Below, one piece after another: positions 29,246-48,085 of a stretch of DNA of 64,000 bases (within the stretch, counting starts at the first letter, position 1; each line of letters starts with the position of its first letter). The stretch lies in assembly GCF_009914755.1 (NCBI RefSeq), contig NC_060927.1. One strand, 5' to 3'. Position numbers and translations under genes: made by a program. The notes beneath the pieces were generated by a model. It had not been told where the DNA came from. It worked only from the letters and a program-made list of their open reading frames with translations, and searched no databases. This stretch comes from the human T2T-CHM13v2.0 reference genome, Homo sapiens.

Positions 29246-31399
29246 TCATTAGAGACTACTATGAACAATTATATGCAAACATATTGGAAAACCTAGAGGA
29301 AATGGATTAATTCCTGGACACACACAATCTACCAAGATTGAATCATGAAGAAATGAAATGCTTGAATAGACCAGTAACAAGAAAAGAGATCAAATCAGTA
29401 ATAAAAAGTCATTCAGCAAAGAAAACCCCAGAACTGTATGGCTCTACTGCTGAATTCTACCAAACTTATAAGGAAGAACTAACACAAGCTCTTTTCAAAC
29501 TGTTCCAAAAAATTGAGGCAGAGAGAATTCATCCTAACTCATTCTATGAGACCAGCGTTACACATTACACTGATAGTAAGTCAGACAAGGACACAAGAAA
29601 AAAAAGATGGGCCAGTATCCTTGATGAACACAATAAATACAGACACAAAAATCCTCAGCAAAATACTAGCAAATTGAATCCAACAACATGTCAAAAAGAT
29701 TATAAACCATAATCAAATGGAATTTATCCCAGTGATGCAAGCGTGGTTCAACATGTGCAAATCAATCAGTGTGATACATCACATTGACAGAATGAAGGAC
29801 AAAAACAATATGATCATCTCAATAGTCACAGAAAAAGCATTTGATAAAATTTAACATCTTTTCCTGTTAAAAACTCTCAACAAGTTAGACATGGAAGGAA
29901 AATACCTCAGCATAAAAGCTGTATATGACACATCCACAGCTGACATCATACTGAATGAGGAAAAGCTGAAATACTTTCCTCTAAGACTGGAACAAGACAA
30001 AGATACCCACTTTTAATTCTCCTATTCAACATAGTACTTGAAGTCCTAGCCAGAGCAATCAAGCAAGAGAAAGAAATAAAAGGCATTTAAATTGGAAAGG
30101 TAGAAGTCAAATTGTTCCTCTTTGTAGATGATATAATCTTATATATAGAAAAACCTAAAGACTACTAAAAATCTCTTAGAACTGATATACTGATATACTT
30201 AGAACTCTTATACACTGTTGGTGGGAATGTAAATTAGTACAGCCACTATGGAAAACAGTATGAGACTTCCCAAAAAACAAAACAGAACCACCATTTGATC
30301 CAGCAGTCCTACTACTGGATATTTATCAAAAAGAAAGAAAAATCAGTATATAAATGAGACACCAGCACCCTTGTGTTTATTGCAGCACTGTTCACAATAG
30401 CCAAGATATAGAATTAATCTAAGTGTTTGTTAACAGATGAAAGGATGAAGAAAATGTGGCATATATGCACAATGGAATACTATTCTGCCATAAAAAGAAT
30501 GAAATACTGTCATTTGTAGCAGCATGGATGGAACTAGAGGTCAATATGTTAAATGAAATAAGCCGGGCACAGAAAGACAAATATCTCATGTTCTATCATA
30601 TGTAGGGGCTAAAAAACAAAAACAAAAACAAAAAAATGTGCATCTCTTGGAGATAGGGAATAAAAAAGTGGTTACCAAAGGTTGAGAATCGTGGGGTGGT
30701 GGGGTTGAAGAGAGGTTGCTCAGCAAATACAAACATCTAGTTAGAAGGAATAAGTTCTCGTGTTTGATAGCACAGTGGGGTGAGTGTAGTTAACAGTAAT
30801 TTATTCTACATTTCAAAGTAGCTAGAAGAGAAGATTTGAAATGTTCCCAACAGAAAGAAATGATAAATGTTTGAGGCAATGAATATTCTAAATACCCTGA
30901 TTTGATAATTATACATTGTATGCATGTATCAAAATATCACATGTACTTCATAAATATTTTAAAATATTATGTATCAATTTAAACATTTTTAAAAAATTGA
31001 AAACCTAGGATTCTCACTTCTGCACTTAGGTCCCTAACTTCTATATCATAGTGATGCTCATGTAATTTGAGCTTCACAATAACTTTGTAAGGAAGATAAT
31101 ACAGGCTCTTATCTGAATTTTATGTTCAGGAAAATGTCTCCTGGAGAGATTAAGTGATTTGTCTGAAATTTCACAGTCTTTGAGTGGCAAAGCTTGAATT
31201 AGAATCTGCTTCTTCTCATTTCAGCCAGCCAGCAGTAAAGGAACAGCATGGGGAAGTGTTTGGGAGGGAGCCCTTTATTGTTAAAGGCATCATTGTGGAA
31301 AGTCTGAAGAAGCTGGATCAGGCAGCTCAGAAAGTGGTACAGTATATGGAGAGGACAGTGGCAAAGCAAAAATTTAGTACCAGGCACCGACTTGTGACT

Positions 31400-31615
31400 T
31401 GTCTGTTAGTCAGATCTGGAAGGGCTCAGGTTTGAATCTGGATTTTGCCACTTTCTTGCTATGTGACCTTCAGCAAATTACGTCCATACTCTAAGCCTTA
31501 GTTGTCTCCACCAAATACGAATAACACTTATTTTACAAAGTTATCAGAATTAAATGAGATCATGAATATAAAAGGCATAGCAGACTGCCCAGCATATAGA
31601 AAGTTCTTAATAAAA
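31400..31615 (+). mobile_element. MIR immediately upstream of exon 8; another MIR piece on the minus strand at ~31060-31215
   Basis: ggtttgaatctggattttgccactttcttgctatgtgaccttcagcaaatt...gaattaaatgagat. Confidence 0.7.
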
Positions 31616-31664
31616 TTTAGTTTCTTTCCCGGTAGAGTTTATTTTTCTTTCCTTCTTTCCATAG

Positions 31665-31706
31665 CATTTATCTAGCCGGCAGAGTGTACAGCAAAGCACA
31701 TCCCAG
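31665..31706 (+). CDS. DOCK3: DOCK3 coding exon (probably exon 8), 42 bp, HLSSRQSVQQSTSQ
   Basis: tttctttccttctttccatag acceptor, CAG|gtaagc donor, phase 0-0, open frame continuing the DOCK3 sequence. Confidence 0.93.
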
Positions 31707-32023
31707 GTAAGCGGCTTTCCTGGGTCTTCCAGCCTTTCCCCTCAACTTTTTCTGTTAAGAGATTACAACATATGAATACACCAGGAAATGACAGACACCA
31801 CTGACTTCTTGACTGTGTGGTGTCTTTATCTGAGGAGCTTTGACCTCTAAACAGTTTTGGCCAGACTCTACTTCTACTGTGCAGATTTGCATAAGCACAA
31901 TTAAAGCAGACTGAAACTAAAATGAATCAGTCTGGGAGAAAATAAAAATGTTATTTAGAATGGTAACTATTACGAGGTAACAGTGTAAATCAAGCGCATT
32001 GGGGTCATAATGGCATTTCTTTA

Positions 32024-32350
<327 letters not shown>

Positions 32351-32651
32351 GAAAATGGTTTCCTGGAGAACTAAGATATTTGTCACCTGGTGGAGATTTT
32401 TAGTTCACTTGTAAGTTGGAATTACTGTCCCTATATTTCTTCACTGTTTACTCCTCCCAGCTGCTTGCTTGCCCACCTCAACCCAAGTCTGTTGATGCAG
32501 CATCCCCTACAAGCAGAGAAAACATCTTCAGTTTCTCAAATAATCTCCTTCAGTAGTGTGAAAAGAGTTTGTAATTTAGTTTCCACTTTTTAATGATCAA
32601 TATAAAAAATAACTAAAATAAAAATCACTGGGTTTTTTTCTTCCTCATTAG

Positions 32652-32806
32652 GTAGATACAATGCGCCCACGTCATGGGGAAACATGTCGGATGCCAGTGC
32701 CACATCACTTCTTCCTCAGCCTGAAGAGTTTCACTTACAATACTATTGGGGAAGATACCGATGTCTTCTTTTCCTTATATGACATGAGGGAAGGCAAGCA
32801 GATCAG
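32652..32806 (+). CDS. DOCK3: DOCK3 coding exon (probably exon 9), 155 bp, VDTMRPRHG...YDMREGKQI(S)
   Basis: tttttttcttcctcattag acceptor, AG|gtgaga donor; 51 codons + 2 nt; IGEDTDVFFSLYD motif typical of DOCK1-5. Confidence 0.96.
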
Positions 32807-33822
32807 GTGAGAGTCACTGGAAATTCTGGTGAGGTTCTATGTTAGGATGGTATGGGTCATAGGCATCTCTGGCCATCAGAGAAGACAGATGCACAGAAGA
32901 GGCAAAACAAGATAAAGTAACCTCATCTCATTAGCTAGGAGTTTTGGCCCCAATTCCCTGTGTGCCCTTAAGTCACGTAAACCATACCATGGGTGGCTGC
33001 CTTTTTTATGACTTTTTCCACATAGAAGCTCAAAATCGAGTCTTGGCTATCACCACCTCACAGAGAGAAAAGGATGCATCTATTTAATACCACAAAAAAG
33101 GCATAGGAGAAACATAGAACCAAACAAATGCAGCAGAGACACACAGCTCCAGAGTGCAGGAAGCCCTGGGCCTTGGCTTGCTGCATGTGGAAGAGAGGGT
33201 TTGAAGAAAAAGGGGGCTGATGGTGTCTTGTCTGGGCAGCCCATGAAAGGAGAGCATCTTCTGAGTTTCTTTTATATTGCTTGGGAACTTCTTGTGTTAG
33301 GAGTGCTTTATGGCTTTTACTTGCTTTAGTACTTAAAATTCGAAAGCAGATTTTTCACTTTTCCAATTATATATTATATGTGGGAAAATTAGAAATGGAA
33401 GTTATAACAGAATGCAAAAGAAAAACAGTTAATTTATATGCCCCACAGTGCCTCTGATCTTGACAAAAATATTAATACACTATGCTTTACTTTGGCATAG
33501 GAATAAAATGATGCACCCATTGATCAGGACATGTGAATTTTCCTTATCACCAATGGCTCCTAGTATGTGCCCTTGGGAAAGTTATTGTAGAGAAGGTAGT
33601 AGTGGTATTGATGAAAGCTAAAACTGTTGCATGTAGGCAAGACTACAGGCCAGGGCTGTGTGGATATAGATTCTGGCTGCTCTTCTTTTCCTACTATCCA
33701 GATGTTTGTAAACTTTATTTGTGTGTGTGAGAGTGTGTATGTGTGTGTAAAAATCCTTTCTTCAAGCTACATTTTATGAAAAAGTCCAATATATGAAACA
33801 GATAAAACTATTCCATTATTGT

Positions 33823-34124
33823 GGCCCAGGAGCAATGGCTCACGACTGTAATGCCACCACTTTGGGAGGCCGAGGAGGGCGAATCACGAAGTCAGGAGTT
33901 TGAGACCAGCCTGACCAACATAGTGAAACCCCATCTCTACCAAAAATACAAAAAATTAGCTGGGCGTGGTGGCGGGCTCCTGTAAGCCCAGCTATTCAGG
34001 AGGCTGAGGCAGGAAAATCGCTTCAACCTGGGAGGCGGAGGTTGCACTGAGCCGGGATGGTGCCACTGCACTATAGCCCAGCTGACAGTGTGAGACTTGG
34101 TCTCAAAAAAAAAAAAAAAAAAAA
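33823..34124 (+). mobile_element. AluS (Sg-like), with poly(A) directly abutting an L1 5' end
   Basis: atcacgaagtcaggagtt left arm; A tail at 34105-34124. Confidence 0.9.
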
Positions 34125-34126
34125 GA

Positions 34127-35249
34127 TGGATTGTTGGCAAGATGGCTGAATAGGAACAGCTCTGGTCTGCAGCTCCCAGCAAGATTGATGCAGAAGGCGG
34201 GTGATTTCTGCATTTCAGCCGAGGTACCCGGTTCATCTCACTGGGACTGGTTGGACAGTGGGTGCAGCCCATGGAGGGCAAGCCGAAGCAGGGTGGCGCA
34301 TTGCCTCACCTGGGAAGTGCAAGGGGTTGGGGAATTTTCTCCCCTACCCAAGGGGAGCCATGAGGTACTGAGCCTGACGAACTGTGCACTCTGGCCCAGA
34401 TAGTGCGCTTGTCCCATGGTCTTTGCAACCCGCAGACCAGGAGATTCCCTCTGGTGCCTAACACATCAGAGACCTGGGTTTCAAGCACAAAACTGGGTAG
34501 CTGTTTGAGCAGGCACCAAACTAGCTGCAGGAGTTTGTTTTTCTCCATAACCCATTGGCACCTGGAACGCCAGTGATACAGAACTGTTCACTCCTCTGGA
34601 AAGGGGTGCTGAAGCCAGGAAGCCAAGTGGTCTGGTTTGGCAGGTCCCACCCCCATGGAGCCCAGCAAACTAAAAGATTCACTGGCTTGAAATTCTCACT
34701 GCCAGCACAGCAGCAGACTGAGATCGACCTGGGATGCTCGAGCTTGGTTGGGGGAGGGACATCTGCCATTACTGAGGCTTGAGTAGGTGGTTTTATGCTC
34801 ACGGTGTAAACAAAGCCGCTGGGAAGTTTGAACTGGGCGGAGCCCACTGCAGCTCAGTAAGGCTGCTGTGGCCAGACTGCCAGATTTCTCCTCTCTGGGC
34901 AGGGCATCTCTGAAAAAAAGGCAGCAGCCCCAGTCAGGGACTTATAGATAAAACCCCCATCTCCCTGGGACAGAGCACCTGGGGGAAGGAGCAGCTGTGG
35001 GCGCAGCTTCAGCAGACTTTAGTTTCCCTGCCTGATGGCTCTGAAGAGAGCAGCGGACCTCCTAGCACAGCGTTTGAGCTCTGCTAAGGGTCAGACTGCC
35101 TCCTCAAGTGGGTCCCTGACCCCCATATATCCTGACTGGGAGACACCTCCCAGTAAGGGCCTACAGACACCTTATACAAGAGAGCTCTGGCTGGCATCTG
35201 GCAGTTGCCCCTCTGGGACGAAGCTTCCAGACGAAAGAACAGGCAGCAA
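34127..35249 (+). mobile_element. L1PA7/8-type 5'UTR only (~1.1 kb), abruptly truncated
   Basis: caagatggctgaataggaacagctctggtctgcagctcccagc start; ends ...gaacaggcagcaat. Confidence 0.9.
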
Positions 35250-40776
<5,527 letters not shown>

Positions 40777-42044
40777 CAAAGTCCCATTCTTACTCTCTTG
40801 GAGTTTTTTCAGCATTCAGGATACCTTGCATAAACTAAACTTTTTCTTGAAAATCAGTTGCTTCTATAATTGAAATAGAGGGCTCTCCCTGAGAGTCAAG
40901 CATTCTACCCAAATGAGATAATCTGCCTCTGTGAAAATCTTAGGGGACCCTGGAGATAAATTTTATTTTAAAATGATGGGCGAGCACTTTTTTATTAAAG
41001 CAAACAATTTTGTTTCCCTCTGCAAAAGAGGTTATGTATGTAATGCAGCTAGAGCTTATCTGCAGGATTTAGGCAGTCCACTAATAGACCTGCAATTTAG
41101 TCTTGGTCCTTCGACCCTAGGCCCCATCGTATAGTCTAGCCTGTCTTAACTTGGTCCAGGACATAGACTCCAGCTCACTAACCAACATTTTCGCAAAGAT
41201 TTTCTGTGAGTTCCAGCAGAAATAAGAGAGGAGCTGGTACCTTGTCTCTGGTAACTGTTAACATCACTTTCTTTTTCTACCCTGCTCTCTGGTCTGTCAT
41301 TGTCAGTATACTTAAATTCCCTAAAAATTACGAGGGGCTAGAGAAATTAATAGTATTCTCTCTTTTTCTTTCTCTTTCTCACACATCCACAAAGAAAGCT
41401 AATGATTTCTGTGCCCTATGGATGAGGAGGCCAACAAATGGATGTTTAAGTGAAACTTTATAATCCTGTTGCCCTGCTAAGTTTTTCATCAGTATATTTT
41501 GTTGCATAACTCAAAACTGAAAATATAGACAGAATGAATTCAAATAGGGTTTAAAGCTAAATATATTTCATACTAGTGGTCAGACTGTCTTGACATGCTT
41601 CTACATATATGCCCAACACATCAGCTCTTACTCGGAAGCATTAAAGTGAAAGTCTTTTGAGAGATAGACACAGTGAAACTTTTACTTTAGATATATACTT
41701 TGGCCTGTGGTTAAACCTGCCTTTTTCATCTGAAAATAAGATCAGAAACTGCTGTTCTGTATATGCCATCCTTCATTATGTTCTGAGTCTAACTGTTAGG
41801 CTGTGGAAAATTTTTAATGTATCATCCTACAGAGTCTGGATAACAACAGTGAAAGAAAAGATCAGGTTCTTTAGAAAGTTTCACATTGTTTACAAGAAAT
41901 TTGACTTCTTCTCTGCCTAAAAATACGTAGGACAAAGTAGAGCAGAATGACTGATGCGTCTCACATATCAAAAAAATCCTCTGTGAGGAGAGGAATGTGG
42001 AGAATTAAGTGAGATCAGAGGTAGAAGTTACAGTGTTTGGTAAA

Positions 42045-42310
42045 GTCATTTATTTATGCACCAAATGTTTATTTTTACACCTGCTATGTGCTTGTGCTGT
42101 TATAGGCTCTAGTAATATGGCAGTGGATAAAACACACAAAAATCCATGTTCTCATGAAGCTTACATAGTAGGGACAGACAGTAAATAGAAATAAGTAAAT
42201 TGTATCATATTTGAAGGGATAAGTGTTATGGAATAGAAAAAGTAAAGCATAAGGGAGATTTGCTGTGCTAAATAAGATTGTCAGGGTAGGCCTTACTGAG
42301 AAGGTACACC
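42045..42310 (-). mobile_element. L2 3' fragment
   Basis: catttatttatgcaccaaatgtttattt...cacctgctatgtgc...ctcatgaagcttaca. Confidence 0.65.
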
Positions 42311-42509
42311 TACTGTGGGGCTACCTTCCAGGGAAGAGACTTAATTTGTCCCATCCTCTCATCCTTTGATCTCTAAATGATTTCTAAATTAATGAGGTGG
42401 AGCCAAGGGATCAAATTACTGGCAGCCATGTCACCCTTATTTACTTAAGGATAAATAAAAAAAACTAGATAAAGAAAGAAAGAAAGCCTTTACAGTGACC
42501 AGATGACAG

Positions 42510-43190
42510 ACGATGGTGGCTTGGATTCTGGCTATCTTCTAAAGGTAAAGCTGTGCTTATTTTGTTTCTGGTATGGTGGAGTAAGCCCCTGACAGTCTGG
42601 CCCTCCTACAGTTAACACTGAGCAAAATCCAAAAACTACCTGACGGTGCTGCCAAATGAATAAAGCAGGCAGATATTGTAAGGCAGTAAAAAGTTGGAGA
42701 AAAAGATCAACATGAGGTGAATTTTCTGTTTTTTGTGGTTTTGATCTGAAAGTGAGCTGTAGTCCTAGCATAGTATAGAGTGTCTGAAACTCCATTAGAA
42801 AGCCTGCCATATTTTTAGCCTGAGGAACCAAGAGATGGAACCTGGGGCAAGTATGGCCACCAGAGGGAGTTCTGGAGAGAAGAGAGCAGGAAATGGGAAT
42901 CTCAAATTCTATGTATGAGCTCTACCCATGTCACTGGCTCACCTCTGAACCATGCGTATCCAAGGCAGACGCAAAGCAGCTAGCAACAAAGGCTAAAAGA
43001 AAACTGTGATTTGACCCACCACAGGAGAAATGGAGATTATAGATTAAGTCTAATCAAGTTAATTCACCATTAAAACAAAAATACTAATTCTCTTCAGAAT
43101 ATAGCAGAATTCAGATTCTCTACAATGTAACATTTACAAGGTCCAGGATAAAATCCAAAGTTATGGGATAACCAGAAAAATTAGTTACTT
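42510..43190 (+). mobile_element. Ancient L1M 5' region relic
   Basis: cagaattcagattctctacaatgtaacatttacaaggtccaggataaaatccaaa resembles the L1M pre-ORF1 block. Confidence 0.4.
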
Positions 43191-43220
43191 CAACAAAGCA
43201 ATAGCTAAATTTAATTTATC

Positions 43221-43527
43221 TTTTTTTTTTTTTTGAGATAGGATCTTGCCCTGTTGCTCAGGCTGGAGTACAATGGCACAATCATGGCTCACTGCAGCCT
43301 CAGTTTCCTGGGCTCAAGTGATTCTCCTGCCTCAGCCTGCTGAATAGCTTGGACTACAGGTGCACGCCACCACGCCTGGCTAATTAAAAAAAAATTTTTT
43401 TTTTTTTGTAGAGATGACATCTTGCTATGTTGCCCAGACTGATCTCGAACTCTTGGCCTCAAGCGATTCTCCCACCTCTGCCTCCCAAAATGCTGGGATT
43501 ATGGGCATGAGCTACCATGCTCGGCTT
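43221..43527 (-). mobile_element. AluJ
   Basis: atcatggctcactgcagcctc and ggcctcaagcgat J diagnostics. Confidence 0.92.
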
Positions 43528-43537
43528 AGTCTTTCTT

Positions 43538-43841
<304 letters not shown>

Positions 43842-44814
43842 TCGGCTTAGTCTTTCTTAGAAAATTGCAAGGCGGTAGAGATCATCAGGATGCTGAAAAG
43901 GAAAATAGATAACTTGTGGTAGAATGATACTCCATTGTGAACAAAGTGGTGGTAAACTTTTGAAGATGTTTTTCAACTTACAGTGAAAACTAGAAAATAG
44001 CCATAATATGTACACACTAATTCCTCCCTCTGTTCCTTTTCCTTAGAATATTACTAATGTAAGCAAAAATGTTACAGAGCCTGCTATGAGCTGGTAACAT
44101 TTATCAAATGAACAAATGACTTATTATAAACTCTCAAGATGGAGTTCCAGCATTAAATCTATAGTTGCAAAAAAGGCTTCGTGTAGAATCCAGCTGAATT
44201 CAGATTAAGGCATTCTAGGCTTTCTCCCATTTCTACTCCTGCCTCAAAGCCAGGCTCACAGAAAGCATGATTTAAACAGACAGTCACTTCCCCTCTGATC
44301 CCAGCATCCACTTGGCTAAATCTCACATTTGCAAAGTACCACTAAAGCTTTTCCAGAGTTGGGGATAAAGGAAAATATGAAGGAATCAAAGAAAATACAA
44401 GCTTGAAGTTTGTTACCTTTCTTGAACTTCTTTTAAAAAGTTTTGTTGTCATTAAAATATATTTAGCTGGGGAAATTTTAACTAATTTGTGTTTATCTGA
44501 AAACGTGGTACTTGGAGAAACAGCTCAACTGTAAGGCCTGTGGCTGGTGTCTTTGGAGTTACAATCATTGAGGGTCTCTGGACACAGACTTCTAGTGACC
44601 GGAGGTGTTTCTGTCAGAGCCAGAGCATTTATTCATAAACTGAGGATTATTTTCTCTACTTTTACATTTACAAAGCAATGTAAAATATCTGCCTGGCTGT
44701 AGATCAGGATTTATTAAAGATCATCTCAAGACAGAGCAAGATTTTAAAAACTGGATATTTTAATCTTCACATGGAAGTGAAGAACACAAGGTACTGGATT
44801 CTGTCAGCAAATCA

Positions 44815-44940
44815 ATCAGTATGTCAGGATTTGTATTTTGAGGAATGTGCTAAATGGTGTTTAAAAACAAAGTCTGGATCAGTATATCAGGGTTTATATT
44901 TTGAGGAATGTGCTAAATGATGTTTAAAAACAAAGTCTGG
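44815..44940. repeat. 63-bp tandem duplication, 4 mismatches
   Basis: atcagtat(g/a)tcagg...aaaacaaagtctgg at 44815 and 44878. Confidence 0.95.
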
Positions 44941-46039
44941 AGACTCATGAGAGAGAATGGAAAATTGAGTGACATATATGTATACTTGCTGTCCATGGAG
45001 TAAGCTGTGTGGCTGTTGTTAGGGTAACTAGAAATCAGCTACAAAAGAACAGAAGAAATAGTGTTGTAGAAATAGCACAAACAAAAGGAAGCCCTGAGAC
45101 GAGATGGCTCCTTTGCAGTGCATGGGAACCAGGAGTCCAATAATTATGACTCATTAGAAAAGGTTAAATGGTATGAGAGAAAAATAGAAATTTAGAATTT
45201 CAAATATAAAATATATACAATTATGAGTTTTTAAAAATCAGTTCTTGGTTAGAAAAGGGAAAATATTTTGTTGATGTGTAAACTTCTAATGGCATCTAGA
45301 GATATGGCTGCTGGTTTCTGAGAAGGAATGCTCCAAATATGTTTCCCTCTGAGCACATTTAGAACAGAGACTCCCTTGGAAATAGATTCTGCCAGTTGTT
45401 TACCTTGAACTCAATTGTCATTAAAACTACTATTCCCCTCCCACTGCAGGAAAGCCACAATACACTTTATATGGACTCTTCAAATCAAAATTGTAAAACT
45501 CTTTATTAAATGTCTACCTGCTTGTTGCTATTAAGTTTTGAACCTAAATATATAAAACGATATCTTTTTCTTTCAAGGGGCTCTAATGGAAAATATAAAT
45601 ATTTCAGCACCCCAAGACATAGAATGGAGAGAAATATATAGCAGATGTACTAAACCAATGGTGGTGCAGGCCCAAGAGCTGTGCTACAATGAGAGCCTGT
45701 GCTACAATGAGACTACAGAGCAAAGTAGGTGACATGCTCATGCACAAAAAAGGGAATAGAACAGAAGAGATAAATTCTAGCATCTCAAAAAGTGAAAGCA
45801 AAGCTAGTTTATAAATGGCACAGGAAAATGAGCCTTATTGTCGTCCTGTTTATTCAACAAAAATCATTTTACCTTTCTTGATTATCTACCTTTACCAAAC
45901 TTAGCCCTGAATTACTTTCTGTCATTTCTAATAAATCTACCCTCAAAAAATTGATAAGCTACTCCCAAGATACTTAAGCCATGTGCAATAGTCTCATAGA
46001 AGGTTCAAAACAATTCTCCAAATGCTTAAAGCAGGTTGA

Positions 46040-46990
46040 CTCTATTTAGTGCCTACAATGTGCCAGGTCCTATTCTAAGTCCCAGATATCAGTGAAAACT
46101 AGTAAAATACCTCTGCCTTCAAGGACTTAATATAAATCTATTGCCTTATGTGTACAAAGGAAGGATACATTTCTTTGGCCAAGTTGGACTCTGTGAGCTT
46201 CCTGAGCTATGTTTGTGCTCAAGGAGAAAAAAAACTGGGAGGATATTCACTTATCCAACTACACAATGGGATGAGCCCTGTTCTAATGTCCTGGGGATAT
46301 ACTAGGGAGCTAGACAGCAATATTTCTACCCATAATGGGGGATGAGGGAGAAGCAGACAAAAAACAGGATGAGTAAGTAAAATATGCGACATGTTCAATT
46401 ATTTATATACAGATATTATATGTATTAGAAAAATAAAGCAGAGAAGGGAGCTAGAACATGGGATAGGGGAAATTTTTGATAGGATAAATGAGGAGGGAGT
46501 TTTACTCAGAGGATGACAATTGAGTAAAGACCTAAAAGAATTGGGGCAACAATCAGGTGAATATTTTGGAAAAGAAGTTTCCATGTACAGGGAACCACAG
46601 CAACTTCAGAAGCTCTCAGGCAGAAGCATGAGCCTGAGGACAGCAAGGATACCAGTGTCATTGGAACAAAACGAACAAGGACATAGGACAAAGTAGACCG
46701 TGAAGTCAGAGAAACAAATGTCTGGCCTTGGCGAGGGAGTGGTAGAGAACTGTGGGGTTTTGAAGGCTATTGTAAATGCTTTGGATTTTACTTTAAGTGA
46801 AATGGGGACCATTGAAGGTTTCTGAGGGGAAGAGGGACATGTTCTGACTTGGGTTTTAACCTGTTCACTGTAGTAGCCATGTTGACAGTGAATTGTGGGA
46901 AATGCAGGCAAAAACAAGACCAGTTGGGAGACTTAATATAATAATATCAGGAGAGATTGGGTTTGGACCAGTGGCAGCAGTAAAATGGCT
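46040..46990 (-). mobile_element. L2 3' region
   Basis: gtgcctacaatgtgccaggtcctattctaag; gctttggattttactttaagtgaaatggggaccattgaaggttt. Confidence 0.7.
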
Positions 46991-47194
46991 TTATATGAAA
47001 ATGTTAACAGTGATTATGATTGCCTCTGAGTGAACAATTTTAGTGGGATTGTGGACAATTATAGCTTTCTGCTTTTGCTTTTAAGTAATTCCCAGATTTA
47101 CTTTAGTAAACACTTATAATCTGAGAAAAATATATAAACAACAATGAAGAGTTGCTCAGGGTATTGTCAGAACGTCTAGGAGGATTTCCCATTA

Positions 47195-47377
47195 CTTTTT
47201 TAATTTTTAAAATGTTTTTAATATTTTTGAGACAGGGTCTTGCTCTGTCTCCCAGGCTGGAGTGAAGTGGTAGAATCACAGCTCATTGCAGCGTTAACCT
47301 CCTAGGCTCAAGTAATCCTCCAACCCCAGCCTCCTGAGTAGCGGGACTACGGGTGTACACCACCGCACCTAGCTAAT
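47195..47377 (-). mobile_element. Alu right-arm monomer (FRAM or truncated AluJ)
   Basis: Single arm; atttcccatt flanks both sides. Confidence 0.8.
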
Positions 47378-47769
47378 GAGAATTTCCCATTTATTCCTGA
47401 GGGTTAGGAAAAGTTTTCTGGAAGAGATAATGGGAAAGCATGAGTACTCCTACTAATCTTTGCAGTGAGGGGCAGAAGGTATTCCAAGCAAAGGAGAGAG
47501 TGTGAATAAAGACTTGGGAAATAAGCAGTGGCAGGAAGCACCACAAGCATTTGATGTTGTTATAGTATGAATGGTGAAATCAGAGATGAGGGAAAAGAGT
47601 GTTCTGTGCCAACTAAGGGTCTTGGGCCTTATTTATAAAGAAGATGATAAAGAACATGATTGAATTTTAAGGAGGGGCCTGGCATAGTCATCTTTAAATA
47701 TCAAATCATCCCTCCAATGGTGAGGATCTCATAGTGCACAGATAATGTGCAGAGGTTGGGTCTGAAGTT

Positions 47770-48085
47770 TAAATAGTTTCTAATAAAGTTAAGCATATGC
47801 CTACTCTGTTTCAGCAGTTCTGCTCCTAGGTGTATACCCAAGAGAAACAAGACATGTGCCCATAAAAAAGACAAACAAGAATGTTCATTGAAGCTTTGTT
47901 CATCATAGCCAAAAATTGGAAACAAATCACATATCAACAGGAGAATTGATAAATAATTGTATCTATATACATACATTGTATCTATATATAATGGAATACT
48001 ACTTAACCATAAAGAATGAAGTATTGATACAGCAACATGAATGAATCTTGAAAGCATTATGTTGTGTGAAAGAAGCCAGACACAG
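47770..48085 (+). mobile_element. Ancient L1ME-type 3' fragment, continuing at ~54747-54990 after the inserted younger L1
   Basis: atgaatgaatcttgaaagcattatgttgtgtgaaagaagccagac resumes as aagccagactcaaaaggatacatattgaatgatt. Confidence 0.7.

Noticed and set aside
31184-31435. 83-aa ORF near exon 8 as an extra exon or gene
   Set aside because: Non-ATG start, overlaps MIR relics, no recognisable homology or clear splice sites.
32646-32656. Tandem acceptor tag|GTAG at the start of exon 9, and a weak alternative donor G|GTAATG at 7012 in exon 6
   Set aside because: Use would shift the frame (4 nt and 7 nt); nothing in the sequence indicates use beyond noise.
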